From positions 78,928,001-78,992,000 of the forward strand of contig CM052816.1 in assembly GCA_028534125.1 (NCBI GenBank): a DNA stretch of 64,000 bases, in the 5' to 3' direction. How positions within the stretch are numbered: position 1 is the first letter of the stretch; each line of letters opens with the position of its first letter. The translations under genes were made by a program, and so were the position numbers. A model generated the notes under the pieces. The model was not told the DNA's origin. It did no database searches and was given only the letters and a program-made list of their open reading frames with translations. Of this stretch, positions 13,127 through 25,351 are shown piece after piece. Source of the DNA: Lama glama. Taxonomy: Eukaryota.

Positions 13127-13289
13127 CTGTGGTTTTCAGGCACCATTCTTCAGGAATAACCTCTAAGACATACATGTCAGTCATTCAGTGAAACCTTTAC
13201 CTCTAGAAATCCAAATGACTGAATTCTCCCCTGAACAGGAACTTGAAAATTCTGCATTTACAAGCCATTGGAGATCTCCAGAGGCTCTT

Positions 13290-13490
13290 CTTTGCCCTTT
13301 CATTCTAATCATAGTGGCCTTCTTTCTGTCCTTTATGTACTAAGTGTCCTTGCTCCCACCCCAGGGCCTTTGCACAAGCAGTTTCCTCTGCCTGGAGTGG
13401 TCTTCTGAGACATTCTTCACCTAGTTAACTCTTACTCCTCTCAAATACCCCATGTCTGTTCTCCCCAACTAAGTCACATCACCCTGTTTT
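13290..13490 (+). mobile_element. L2 fragment
   Basis: cagggcctttgcacaagcagtttcctctgcctggagtg. Confidence 0.65.
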
Positions 13491-13599
13491 AAAAATTTTT
13501 GTTTTGATAAGAGAAAATAAATTGCTTAGGTTAACAGAAATACCCCTTGGAACCAATGTATGTTATTTCTTTGACCAAGGACACTTCTGAGGTAATCTG

Positions 13600-13775
13600 G
13601 CACAGAGGCAAGTATGTGGGCTCTGAAGTCAGATGGAACTGGGTTCAAACCCACTTACTAGCTGTGTGAGTTACTTCATCCCCTTAAGCTTTGGGGTAAA
13701 ATGGGAAAAATGACCTCATCCCAGAGGACTGTTGGGACCACTGAAGGTTAAACACATGTTCAATAAATGGTAGCT
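13600..13775 (+). mobile_element. MIR SINE
   Basis: ggctctgaagtcagatggaactgggttcaaacccacttactagctgtgtga. Confidence 0.7.
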
Positions 13776-13807
13776 GCTGGTATATTTTTTTATCTGTAGG
13801 GTGACTT

Positions 13808-13850
13808 TTTTTTTTTACTTTTTTTTTTATTGAGTTATAGTCATTTTACA
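13808..13850 (-). mobile_element. Ultra-short (43 bp) young L1 3' terminus with perfect 11-bp TSD
   Basis: Poly-T plus attgagttatagtcattttaca, identical to the L1 end at ~25396; TAGGGTGACTT at 13797-13807 and 13851-13861. Confidence 0.85.
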
Positions 13851-14244
13851 TAGGGTGACTTATCTTTCATTTGTACTCCGTCTACACTGCTAAAAAGGTT
13901 CAGAGTACATAGCCCTGAGAGGAAAGCTAATTCAGATTCAGAAAGCCCCTGAACTCTTCACCTGAGTTCTTGATGCATTGGCTGACCTCAGGAAAGGAAA
14001 ATCAGGTGACCTGCCCCCCAAGTAGATTATCTGCTATGAGAAGCACAAAAAACCAACCAGTAAGTAGTCATGGTAACTGGTTACTTGTGCAGGAGTTCTG
14101 AAATAAGGAGTCAAAAACCAATGAAGAAGAAAAAAGCCTCATAGAGTGAAAATGCTGAAAAGCAAACTTCCCTATTCCTAGCATATACTAAGAATTTCCC
14201 AGGGCAAAAATGCAGGCAACACCTTTGGACACACCCAAATGTAG

Positions 14245-14744
14245 NNNNNNNNNNNNNNNNNNNNNNNNNNNNNNNNNNNNNNNNNNNNNNNNNNNNNNNN
14301 NNNNNNNNNNNNNNNNNNNNNNNNNNNNNNNNNNNNNNNNNNNNNNNNNNNNNNNNNNNNNNNNNNNNNNNNNNNNNNNNNNNNNNNNNNNNNNNNNNNN
14401 NNNNNNNNNNNNNNNNNNNNNNNNNNNNNNNNNNNNNNNNNNNNNNNNNNNNNNNNNNNNNNNNNNNNNNNNNNNNNNNNNNNNNNNNNNNNNNNNNNNN
14501 NNNNNNNNNNNNNNNNNNNNNNNNNNNNNNNNNNNNNNNNNNNNNNNNNNNNNNNNNNNNNNNNNNNNNNNNNNNNNNNNNNNNNNNNNNNNNNNNNNNN
14601 NNNNNNNNNNNNNNNNNNNNNNNNNNNNNNNNNNNNNNNNNNNNNNNNNNNNNNNNNNNNNNNNNNNNNNNNNNNNNNNNNNNNNNNNNNNNNNNNNNNN
14701 NNNNNNNNNNNNNNNNNNNNNNNNNNNNNNNNNNNNNNNNNNNN
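14245..14744. other. Assembly gap (500 N)
   Basis: N run followed by an A run, possibly hiding a retroelement. Confidence 0.99.
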
Positions 14745-15176
14745 AAAAAAGATTTTCAGATAATTTAGTCCAATCCCCTTAATTTGCAGTTAAGAAAATT
14801 GAAATCTATGTGCATGCAAATATGAAAATTTGTATTTCCTTCCATAGCTTGTTCCTTTGTGCCAGAAATTCCACAGCACTTTAAGCAGAAGGAAGTAGTT
14901 GCCAGCTATTTCAATACAACCTACAAAGATGGTTAGAATTATGGTCTGAAATATTTTAAGCTGTGCTTTTAAACTGATTATTTCCAAGTTCCTGAAGAAA
15001 AAAGAAACCCTTAAATTCAAAGAATTTTTCAGACTGCTACATTTCCTTTTGAGGAAAATCTTAATTTGGCTGATAGAAGTAGGGAGAAGTACTTGGAAAG
15101 TATGCCTCACAGGGACACTTCTGTCCTCCTATTTGGGGAGGCCTAGAAAAGATGAGGTGTGGTTATTAGTAAGGGG

Positions 15177-15632
15177 TATGATGGTCCACTTTGTAACAAC
15201 CTAGCTGGGCTATGGTACCCAGGTATTTGGTTTAACACCAGTCTCAATACTGCTGTGAAGTTATTTTTTTTTAAGATGTGATGAACATTTCAGTCAGTAG
15301 ACTTTTAATAAAGCAGATTATCCTCCATAATGTGAGTGGACCTTGAAGACACTGAAGGTCTTAAGAAAAAGAGACCGAAGTCCCTGTAGGAAGAAGGAAT
15401 TTTGCCTCCAGACTGCCTTCCGTCTTGAGCTGTAACATCAATTCTCCCAATTTTCCAGCCTCTCAGCCTAATCTGCAAAATTCAGACTTGCCAGGCCCAC
15501 AATTGCATAAGCCAATTTCCTAAAATAAACCTTGTTTTATATAATAAATCCCTTTATATATAAACATACATATGTAAATACATACACACATATCCTACTA
15601 GCTTTGTCTTTCTGAAGAACTCTGATTAATAG
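15177..15632 (+). mobile_element. ERVL solo LTR (MLT2C/D-like)
   Basis: gggctatggtacccaggtatttggtttaacacc...aaagcagattatcctccataatgtg...agccaatttcctaaaataaa...gaactctgattaata. Confidence 0.8.
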
Positions 15633-16189
15633 TCACAGCAACTCCATCAATTTGCAGTGATTTACACTGAGCCTGACAGTGGCGCAAGGAATGGTTAGCC
15701 CTGATCACCGTCTTTACTAAGCAAGACTGACTTTCTCCCCAAGGTCAGCAACATGAGACGCAACTGACCAAGCGTGAGACTTATCACCTGATAGGGGTAG
15801 CCTGGGCAGTGCAAAATTCCATGCAGAACCCAAACACCATGTCTCATTTGTCTCCCTTTGTACCACTGGGACCTTTGGGCCACAGAGGTTTTCCTGCTGG
15901 GCCAGCTGTCATGGGGCATGGAGTAGTTCCACCTGTGACTCGTGCTGCTCACTGGCAGAGTGAAATCAACTGAGAAGGCATGGACCTACATTCCACTTGT
16001 TTCTCAGCTAGGCTAAAGCTTAATTCCTGGGATTTATTTCTTTAAAAAGAATCATTATTTTTGAAGTTCCAGATGTAAAATTCATTATCTGTAATAGGAA
16101 AGCATCAATTTTTATTTCTTTAAGCATTTATTTTCAAAATTTAAAACAATGCTGAGAGGTATCAAACATGTAAATTATTATTTTCCATT

Positions 16190-16570
16190 TAAGAAACTGT
16201 TTGGCAATATGTCTAAAGAGTCATGAAAATATTTGTACCATTTAACATAATAACCAACATTCTAAGAAAAGAATAGCCTAGAATCCAAAGGTGTTCATTA
16301 TAGACCCATGGAAAAACAGAAGGCAACCTAACAGTTAATAGGAAAATGGCTTGGTAAATTATGCATTAGAAATTACCAAAATCATTAGATATGATGCAGC
16401 CATTAAAAGTGACAATGGCAAAAATTAAGTAGCAACCTGGAAATGTACAGAAAAAAACCCAGAATATAAATTGTATTTCTTCCATGATTACAGCTAAGTT
16501 AAAATTAAGCATGTATTCTAGCAAGAACTGGAAAGAAATGTGGAAAAATAATTTAAGATGGTAAAATCTG
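16190..16570 (+). mobile_element. Old L1ME-type 3' fragment
   Basis: tttggcaatatgtctaaagag...aaggtgttcatt...atgcagccattaaaa. Confidence 0.55.
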
Positions 16571-16737
16571 AATCATCTTAAAAATTTTATTTTCACTTCT
16601 TCATTTATTTCAAAAGGCATAGTACAAGCAGAGGCTTTGTGGTATTGGCCATGACTTATGGCAAAGAATATATTTTATATCCTCAACTAGTGTGTGTGCC
16701 TGTACACACGTACACACACACACACACACGTATGTAA

Positions 16738-16922
16738 ATTGTGTTTCATTATATTGTCATTATAAGACATAATTTTCACATTTTAATATCTTTAAAACCA
16801 AGATGCATGTTACAATTGATGAGATCTTGCATTTATAAATGTCAGCTTATCTTCCTCTCTCCTGGAGATACATAAATTCATGGTACCTCTCATAATGGTT
16901 TCAGATTTGATAAAATATAGTA
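16738..16922. mobile_element. MER104-like TcMar-Tc2 MITE
   Basis: ttttcacattttaatatct...gatgcatgttacaattgatg; ends agatttgataaaatatagta. Confidence 0.6.
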
Positions 16923-17055
16923 AAAATAAATGTTTCATGACACAATTACCATACATGGTATACTGTGATTTTTCTTTTCTGTTCTATTTTGTATATTTTT
17001 AAACTTTTTAATGTTGAAAGCAACTCATTAAATTGAGTTTTACAACTCATTAATG

Positions 17056-17344
17056 CAGAGGTTGGCAAACTATGGTCAAATTTTTATATGGTCCATGTGC
17101 TAAAAACGGTTTTTGAATATTTGGAAAAGAGAAAAAGAAGAATATTTTGTGATATGCAACAATTAAAAAAATTCAAATTTCAGTGTCATAAATTTTTCTT
17201 GGAACCCAGGCACTCATTCATTTATATATTGTCTATGAGTACTTTGACACTGTAAAGGCAGGCTTGAGTAGCTGTGACAGAGACCAATGGCCACAAAGCC
17301 TGAAATATTTACCATTTACCTATGAAACAAGTTTTCAGACCCTA
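17056..17344. mobile_element. MER58B-like hAT-Charlie MITE
   Basis: Starts cagaggttggcaaactatgg; ttgagtagctgtgacagagacc...aagcctgaaatatttac. Confidence 0.8.
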
Positions 17345-17771
17345 CACTATCATGGTAATTCACTGTTTAGAACACTTCTGATGTAGTAGCTGGAACACAG
17401 AGATGGGAGATCTGGATCCAAATTTTGGCTCCATCATTGCTACTATTTTTCATTTACAAATGGATAAGATGCCTACCTGATAGTGCTGAGTTTTTTGTGA
17501 TTGTTTATCTAAAATGATTGGCTCATAGTAGGCACTTGAAAAATGTTAGATTTTTTTTCCTCTTTCCTTTTAAATTTTGCTTAAGCCGTGACTCCCATGC
17601 TTCCCCTCAAGGTTAGTGATGATTACTACCATGCCACCATTCTCCTTTCAGGACAGTCTTGAGGGCAAAGTCAAAACCAGTCCTCCACAAGTGTGAAATG
17701 TTTGATGCTTCACATTTTATCCTAACATTTCAGGGGTATTTTTTATTCTATTCCAAAGTATATTCATGTTT

Positions 17772-18176
17772 TGGATGCTCCTGGAGAATGTCATTCTAAG
17801 TGAAATAAGCCAGAAAGAGAAAGAAAAATACCATATGAGATCGCTCATATGTGGAATCTAAAACAAACAAACAGACAAACAAACAAAGCATAGATACAAA
17901 ACAGAAATAGACTCATAGACAAAGAATACAAACTTGTGGTTGCCAAGGGGGCAGGGGGTGGGAAGGGATAGACTGGGATTTCAAAATTGTAGAATAAATA
18001 AACAAGATTATACTGCATAGCACAGGGAAATAAATACAAGATCTTACGGCAGCTCACAGAGAAAAAAATGTGACAATGAATATATATATATGTTCATGTA
18101 TAACTGAAAAATTGTGCTGTACACTGGAATTTGACACAACATTGTAAAATGATTATAAATCAATAAAAATGTTAAA
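17772..18176 (+). mobile_element. Young camelid-type L1 3' end with perfect 17-bp TSD
   Basis: gtcattctaagtgaaataagccagaaagag...aataaaaatgttaaaaaa; AAAGTATATTCATGTTT at 17755-17771 and 18177-18193. Confidence 0.92.
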
Positions 18177-19020
18177 AAAGTATATTCATGTTTGTTTCAA
18201 TATAAAAGTAATTTCTAGATTGAACAAAATGAGTACTCCTCGAAGATTTGCTGTGTTTGTCTTGAGGCCTTGTGTGTATCTTTGCTCACTGCTGTGTACA
18301 TGCATTTCTCAGTTTTGAGAAGCGCGGGTTTATGCAATGAGATTTGTTGTTGTTGTCATCATTTTAAGATCTTTCTTTTCAAAACTCACCTTTGTCATTT
18401 GCTTATAGTTAATAGGAGTGAAGAGAGGCTATTTTTAACGGAGGCAATTCAAGTTGGTCTCAGAATGGAAGGTGCTAGTCCTAGGAAGAATCATTAAAAC
18501 TCAAGATCAGTCCTGAGCTTGCAGGTGCAAAGCTGATTTTTTCCAGAGTTCCCTGAAGCAGTTGGGATTAGCTGGACTTACTCAGCTGATTTCACAAGAG
18601 ACTCATGCCAGAGGTTTACTGAATAATTTGCTAAAAGAAATTATCAAATGCACTGGAACAATGTCATTGCTTTTCTTCCTACCTATAAAGTTATATGGAA
18701 AGCCAAATCATAGCCAGAAGGCTGCTTGCTGAGCATGAAATCAGGGGAGTATCTGAATGGTCTTAATGGCTCTTGTATCAGAGTCAAAAGGCTTGGCATA
18801 TCCATCTCCATCCTGGGTACATGACTACCAATCAAACCAAAACACTTGTGTTCATCAGTCAGACTCTCCTACACCCTACACCCAGCTAAAGGTAGCTGAC
18901 ACATTCTTAATATTGGGAGTTTTCCCTTTTCTTGATTCCAAACCAACTTCCCCCTTCCCTACCATACACACTTCTGTTTACTCATTTTTTTTTCAGATGT
19001 TAAAACAATTAATCAGCCTA

Positions 19021-19250
19021 CAGTGGTGTTTTCCAAAGTGTATTCCACAGAATGAAGTAAACTTGGAAATTTGGGGGTTAAGTGAAATTAAACTATTTAT
19101 TGCTGCAGGACTTCTCAAGGTTTTTAATGCATTAATGTCAATCATGAAACTCCAAGAAGGGAATCTACTATGTGGCATGCCTCAAACTTACTGAGCACCT
19201 TTTACTTCTCAGAGCATCTCAGGACTAACAGAAATTAAAAAAATGCTGGG
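19021..19250. mobile_element. MER103C-like hAT-Charlie MITE
   Basis: ttccaaagtgtattccacagaa...gcaggacttctcaaggtttttaatgcattaatg...ctccaagaagggaat. Confidence 0.6.
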
Positions 19251-20419
19251 CTCTAGTTCTCTTCCCTTCACATTTGTTCAAGTCTTGATAACATGTCCTA
19301 TCCATATAGTCAGCCTAAAGAAATTCGACCTCATTAGAGTGACTTCTGCAGGAAGATATCTTATCTGGTTTATATTGAATCCATTTGCTTAAATTTCTTA
19401 GTTGTAATGAGGTCACCTGACTAACTTACTGATATATCCATACACCAAGTATATATACAGATATATGTATTTTTTAGCTAAAATGATAATAACCACATTT
19501 GAATATAAATTGACTAAAGAAAGGCTTACCCATATCCCCACCATCCTAATTCAACCATGTGCAAAAAAAAAAAAAATCTAAGGACTTCTTTTGTGTGCTC
19601 TTGGAGTTTCTCCTCAATAAATAGATTTAAATTTTTTTTTACCTGAATCATTCATTTAAAAAAATAACTAAAATCAAAAGTACTTAGTTTTCATTGCTTT
19701 GGTATTCATATCTTGCTTTAAAATCATCAATTAAAAATACCTTCCAAGAGGTTGTCTAATTCTTTCCCATAAATATGTAAAATATAGTGCTTGATCCATC
19801 TGAAATGTGTTCACCTGCTATTGTATTTAAAGACATGTCCAAGAAAGGGAAAGACACAATTTACTGCCATCAGTTATTCTTTCTTGTGTCTGCCGATCTC
19901 TTCCAAAATGGTTGCTTTCCTTCCTGCAGTATTTGGGGAAGGGAAATTATGTTTCAAGTCTTCATTGTAGTAAGTCTGCACAGCTTCTCCATTGTTCTCT
20001 GACTCTTACCTACAGCTCCTCAAAGTCATCTTGGGCCTCTGCTCATTTCTCTGTTGGTCACTGCTTAGAATTCTGGAATGCGGTGCCAACTGATTTCATC
20101 GGCGGTGGGGGTTGGGGGGTAGGCTACAAATCCCTTATTGCTATGCAATAGAATTTTATTGGTTGGTTGTGGGTTTAAAAAAAAGAAGAGAAAAAAAGAA
20201 GAGAAAATTCAGTTCAGCCCAAAACAGGAATCAATTTGAAATTTACAATTTTACTAGACATGACTCTTATAAGTCCAACGTCTTCCCTATCACTGGTAGT
20301 TTCTCAAGCCAAGTCTGTGGCTATGCTACTGGGCACACTCTCTCCCTTTTCTCTCTTCCTAGATGTCAGCTTAACAACCCACAAATTCCTGTTACTTTCT
20401 AGTGCAGAGCAATTTCACC

Positions 20420-20643
20420 CAGTGGTTCTTCACTGGGGACAATTTTACCTCCCCTTCCCCAGGGGACATTTGTCAATGTCTGGAGACATTTCTGATTGGC
20501 ATGATTGAGCAGGGAGGTTCTACTAGTATCTAGTGGGTAGTGGCCATGGATGCTGTTAATTATCCTACACTGTACAGACAATCTCCCATAACAAAGAATT
20601 AACCAGACTAAAATGTCAGTAGAGCAGATTTTGAGAAACCCTG
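20420..20643. mobile_element. MER20 hAT-Charlie MITE (near full length)
   Basis: TIRs cagtggttct.../...ttgagaaaccctg; ggggacatttgtcaatgtctggagacattt. Confidence 0.88.
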
Positions 20644-21629
20644 ATCTAACTCCAACCCATCCCAACCAAACTAGAATCAGGGCATGTCTGCAAATACAGA
20701 TTCTGATTAGGTGTTCTGCTAAACAATGGGCCAGTTACATCAAGACTCCACCCCTAGCGATAGAGTCAGCAAACATTTCTTTAGCATATTCTAATTTGAT
20801 TTTTGAGCAGTGCGATACCTACTAATTTTTTTAAAGTAGAAAGAGCAGTAGAAATATTTTGACTCCCCCTGTTCAGAAAAAGTCCCTTAAGGTTGGGGAT
20901 ATTTTATTCCAGTTACAATTATGTCTAAACTTTTCTTTTGTGTAAGTATATACACTCCTTTTTCAGAAGCCTTACTAAAAGAGATACCGAGTTGAGCATT
21001 CTGCCGATGGTGGGGAACCACAGACCATGCCCATGGCTGGGTGGTTCTGCAGCTGCAGTATTCAGATTAGTGCTTTGGTTAGAATGTGGCTTATTCACGT
21101 AGTTTACTTCACCTGAGTATTGTGCACATCCCCTCATGATGCTCGCCTCATTGCATCTTAATTTCCTAGTTACTTATTTGACTCAAATATTCCCCACCAC
21201 AGCTCTCATTTGTAAGGGCCTCAAAGGCATCCCCAGTCCCAGTACAGCGCTGGGCCCATAAAGGACCCTCAACAGTTGTTTGCTGAATAAATACGTGAGT
21301 AATTGCTCAGCAGAATCAACTAGAAATGAAATAACATAGCCTAAGTTTAGGTTAAAGTATAAAGAAGGACTTGCATTAATCAAGCAAATGTGGAAAAGAT
21401 ACATCATTAAAGTTCCAGTCACATGAATGCAAAGTTTCACAATACTAATTCCTTTAGAAAGTGATTTTTTAAAAAAAGGGATTTCCTTTTAATCTACTTT
21501 TGCTGGTGCCATTTACTCAGAGAAACAAAATGGCAATTCCAAAAAAAATACGTATACATACAAATGTATTTTAACTGTTTCTGGGACCTGTAAGGATCTG
21601 AAACTAGAGTAAATATCAGAAATGCATAG

Positions 21630-21795
21630 AGAGCTATTAAAATACAGAGTTCTGTATTAAAATACAGACCCAACCCTAGAGATTTTGAACACTATGATGT
21701 GAGGCCCAGGATATTGGCATTTTAATACTTTGAATGACAAATACCTTGTGATTCTGATGTAGTTCATTTCAAGTCTCATTTAGAGGGACATTCTT
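21630..21795. mobile_element. MER5-family fragment
   Basis: aaaatacagacccaaccctagagatt...gaggcccaggatattggcattttta...gtgattctgatg. Confidence 0.5.
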
Positions 21796-23648
21796 TGTTG
21801 CAAAAGCTCATAAAATAAGTTTATGTCTTGGAGCTACTGGAATAGTTTTCTAAAAGTAAAAACAACAACAACAATTATAATGCTTGCTCCCAGACGTCCA
21901 CCTAATGGTGTTTATTCTCATTCACCAGTAAAACACGACTTTTAGGAGGAGTGTGGCTGGAGTTCCTTAAATCTTGTCCACCTATAGTCTGAACTGGTCA
22001 CGTTCTGGACTGGAGAGGGCATAACCCCAACCACAGGTTAATTTAAGTGGCCCAGCTTAGGGGAAAGGAGGGACTACAGAGAAGCAGAGTTAAGTTAAAG
22101 TAGGATGCGAAGGCAGATAGAGACTTCCTAAAGGAGAATTCTAAGTGCCTGTGAGGGCTTCGTAGAGAGGTTGCTGTCACTGTTTATTAATTTTAGCCCA
22201 TTTCATTTCAAACCATAGGGTTTTACTTGGGCGTAATAAAATGTTTTATTCTTATTACTCTTCAAAAAGTCATCAGTAGGTTTAATAAAATGGAATGAAG
22301 AGGCGAATGAAGAATAAAAGAGAGAGGAGAGAAGTTTTACTCCAGTAACAAGGCAAGGGCTGGTAGAAAGAAAGGGAGGTGAAACAAAGAGTCTGCCTAG
22401 AGTCTGAGAGTAGGAACCCAGGTGGTCCACGTCATGGCTGAACCAGGTCGTGGCTGAACCAGGATGTGAAACAGCGCTGAGGAAGGTAAGACACCAGCCC
22501 AAGTCCAACTCTCCAAGAGTTTATCTGCCAGCCTCCTAAGAGACCTGGATCCTCCCACTTTACAAGGCTCCCCAAGACAGGAAACAAACGCTCAAGGGTC
22601 CCTTTCTAACCTGCCGTTCCTTACTTAGACTTTCACTTCACACTCCTTCCTCATCTAGCACAAGTTCAGAAGTTTGCTCACTGCTGTCTCCTCAATTTTT
22701 TAATCGCCCAAAGATGTAGTTCTTGATGTTTTGAATAAAAGAATATATAAACAAACACCAAATCCAATGTCTCAGGATCTCACAGGCAGGAAGGAAAATG
22801 TTGTTCCGAGCAACAGGCAGTAAGTTCTAAGAGGGACAGCAGGAAAAATAGTACGAAGGTCATGGTCTTCTGATAAGCTTTATTTTTCTTATTTCTGGTA
22901 TAAACACTCTTAATTTGATAAAAACTGAATTCTGGTAACCATAGGTAAAGTACATGAATGCCTCTATAAGTTTAAAGGAACAAAAGTTGCGATATAGGTT
23001 AAGGGCAAAGGAAAATAGCAAACAACTTCATTAGAATACTTTCACATCTTTGAATGTGGACAAGGTGAACATCAGAATAATAATATTTGAAAGGTGTACT
23101 TTGTAAAGCAAAAAACAGGAGGCAATGATCTAGCCAAATACTTCATCTTCAGAGTTTATTTATAATTGAGTAATGTTGACATTACCTCTCCTAGAATGGG
23201 TTTTTTAAGACTTCTTTGAGAAGGTGTGTGAGAAACCTTTTCCACTTAAAATGAGAATGTATTTCGTCAAAAATATTTTAAGGCCTTCAGGACATTTGTG
23301 TAGCCCCCTTCCTTAGCCACTAAATTTTTGTTAATTTTTAAATTAAAAAAAATTGTATGCATATCTGTATTTCTTGATTCTGGTCAGCAGTCAGAGAAAG
23401 ATGGGAAAAAGATATGGTCCCATCCCAAGCAGAGGGTAGTGGGCATTTCAAGCTGTGTAAAATTTATGTTCTGTCTTAACAATATTTCTTAGTTTATTCC
23501 TCAAGGTCCAATTCATTGCATCCGGCTGATAATGTAACAACAGCAAAACTGGTATATTATACAGGCTTACTTTTAATCTTAACAAAATAAGACAAATGCA
23601 AAAATTGCTCTTATTTTTCCAGGAAAAGAAAATATCTGGAAAAGTACA

Positions 23649-24131
23649 GTCATTCTAAGTGAAGTAAGCCAGAAAGAGAAAGAAAAATACCATATGAGAT
23701 CGCTCATATGTGGAATCTAAAAAACAAAAACAAACAAAAACAAAGCATAAATACAGGACAGAAATAGACTCATAGACAGAGAATACAGACTTGTGGTTAC
23801 CGGGGGGGGAGGTAGAGAGTGGGAAGGGATAGCNNNNNNNNNNNNNNNNNNNNNNNNNNNNNNNNNNNNNNNNNNNNNNNNNNNNNNNNNNNNNNNNNNN
23901 NNNNNNNNNNNNNNNNNNNNNNNNNNNNNNNNNAAAACTGTAGAATAGATAAACAAGATTACACTGTATAGCACAGGGAAATATACACAAAATGTTATGA
24001 TAAATCACAGAGAAAAAAATGTGACAATGAGTGTGTATATGTCCATGAATGACTGAAAAATTGTGCTGAACACTGGAATTTGACACAACATTGTAAAATG
24101 ATTATAAATCAATAAAAAATGTTAAAAAAAA
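23649..24131 (+). mobile_element. Young camelid-type L1 3' end containing a 100-N gap (23834-23933)
   Basis: Near-identical to 17772-18176; ends aataaaaaatgttaaaaaaaa. Confidence 0.9.
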
Positions 24132-24243
24132 GATTAAAGATGTAATGAAAAAGTATTAACTAAAACTGGTCATCAAAATTTAACAGGTGACATTCAGGTG
24201 TGAACAGATACATTTGTTTTTTAGAAGGGCATGAACGACTTCA

Positions 24244-24630
24244 TTTTTTTGTAAATTGAGGTATAGTTTACAATGTTGTGTCAGTTTCTGGTGTACAGCA
24301 AAATGTTTCAGTCATACATGAATATACAAATATTCAGTTTCATATTCTCTTCACCATAAGCTACTATAAGATATGAATATATTTCTCTGTGCTACACAGA
24401 GGGATATAGCTCCCTGTGCTATATATAGTAGGTCCTGCTGTTTATCTATTTTACATGTAGTAGTGTGTATATACTAAACCTAAACTCCTAATTTATCCCT
24501 CCCTCCTCCCTGCTTTCCACTTTGGTAACCGTAAGTTTGTTTCCTATATCTGTGAGTCTGTTTCTATTTTGTAAATAAGTTCATTTGTATCATTTTTAGA
24601 TTCACGTATAAGTTATTTTATATGATATTT
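24244..24630 (-). mobile_element. L1 3' end(s), older cetartiodactyl type, apparently two joined pieces
   Basis: attgaggtatagtttacaatgttgtgtcagtttctggtgtacagc; ctgtgcta motif duplicated at ~24388 and ~24414. Confidence 0.8.
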
Positions 24631-25351
24631 GAAGTAAGTCAGACAGGGAAAGCATTTCAATTTGGGTTTTCTGGAATTTCTCAATGTATGTATATGTATA
24701 TCATGCATATGATGACTTCAGCCTTCTCTATATTTTCCACTTCCTGGACAGGTTGTCTGATAGCCTCCTTTCCCCAACTCTCAGGAGATGACCTTGATGT
24801 TTTCATAAATAGGTAATAAAAGCGTCGTGCATGTGCAGTCCATCTGCCTTCCTCTACTCTTAATTTTTTTTTTTGGCATCAGGTTATTAAGTAGCCAATA
24901 GAGTATAAGATATTGTTGAATATATCTTAAGATACAACTCATTCTATAAATATTCTGCATATTTCTTTACAACTAACTTGGCTAAGAGTTTTATTTTAGT
25001 GAGTAGATAAATACTTGTTTATTTAGGTTTAATTTCAATTCTATCTGTTATATATCTGTCTCTTGTAGCCAGTGGCTTGGAAATTGAGGTAGTTTATTAG
25101 ATAGAAATTCTGGTTATAAATTATGTCTTTTCCTACTTAATTACTTATTTTTTTAAAAAGACTTGTTTTGCAAAATTGAAATTAATTCTAAAACAATACA
25201 AAATTGGGTTGTTTCCTTGTTATTAAATTTTGAGAGTTTGTTATATACTGGATACAAGTCCTTTATCAGATATATTATATGTAAATATTTTCTTCCAGTC
25301 TACTGTTTGTCTTTTTATTTTCTTAACAGTGTCCTTTGAGGACCAGAAGTT

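Larger units (their letters stand above)
16630..17380. mobile_element. hAT-Charlie MITE (MER112-like) hosting two nested elements
   Basis: cagaggcttt...(CA)n...gtttcatgacacaa...cattaaattgagttttacaactcattaatg...cactgtttagaacacttctg pieces fit one element split by MER104 and MER58. Confidence 0.5.

Noticed and set aside
14210..14782. 190-aa ORF
   Set aside because: Artefact of translating through the 500-N gap. The same applies to ORFs at 2494-2791 and 23655-24086.
20101..20123. G-rich run as a G-quadruplex
   Set aside because: Only two long G tracts plus GG pairs; not a canonical four-tract G3 motif.
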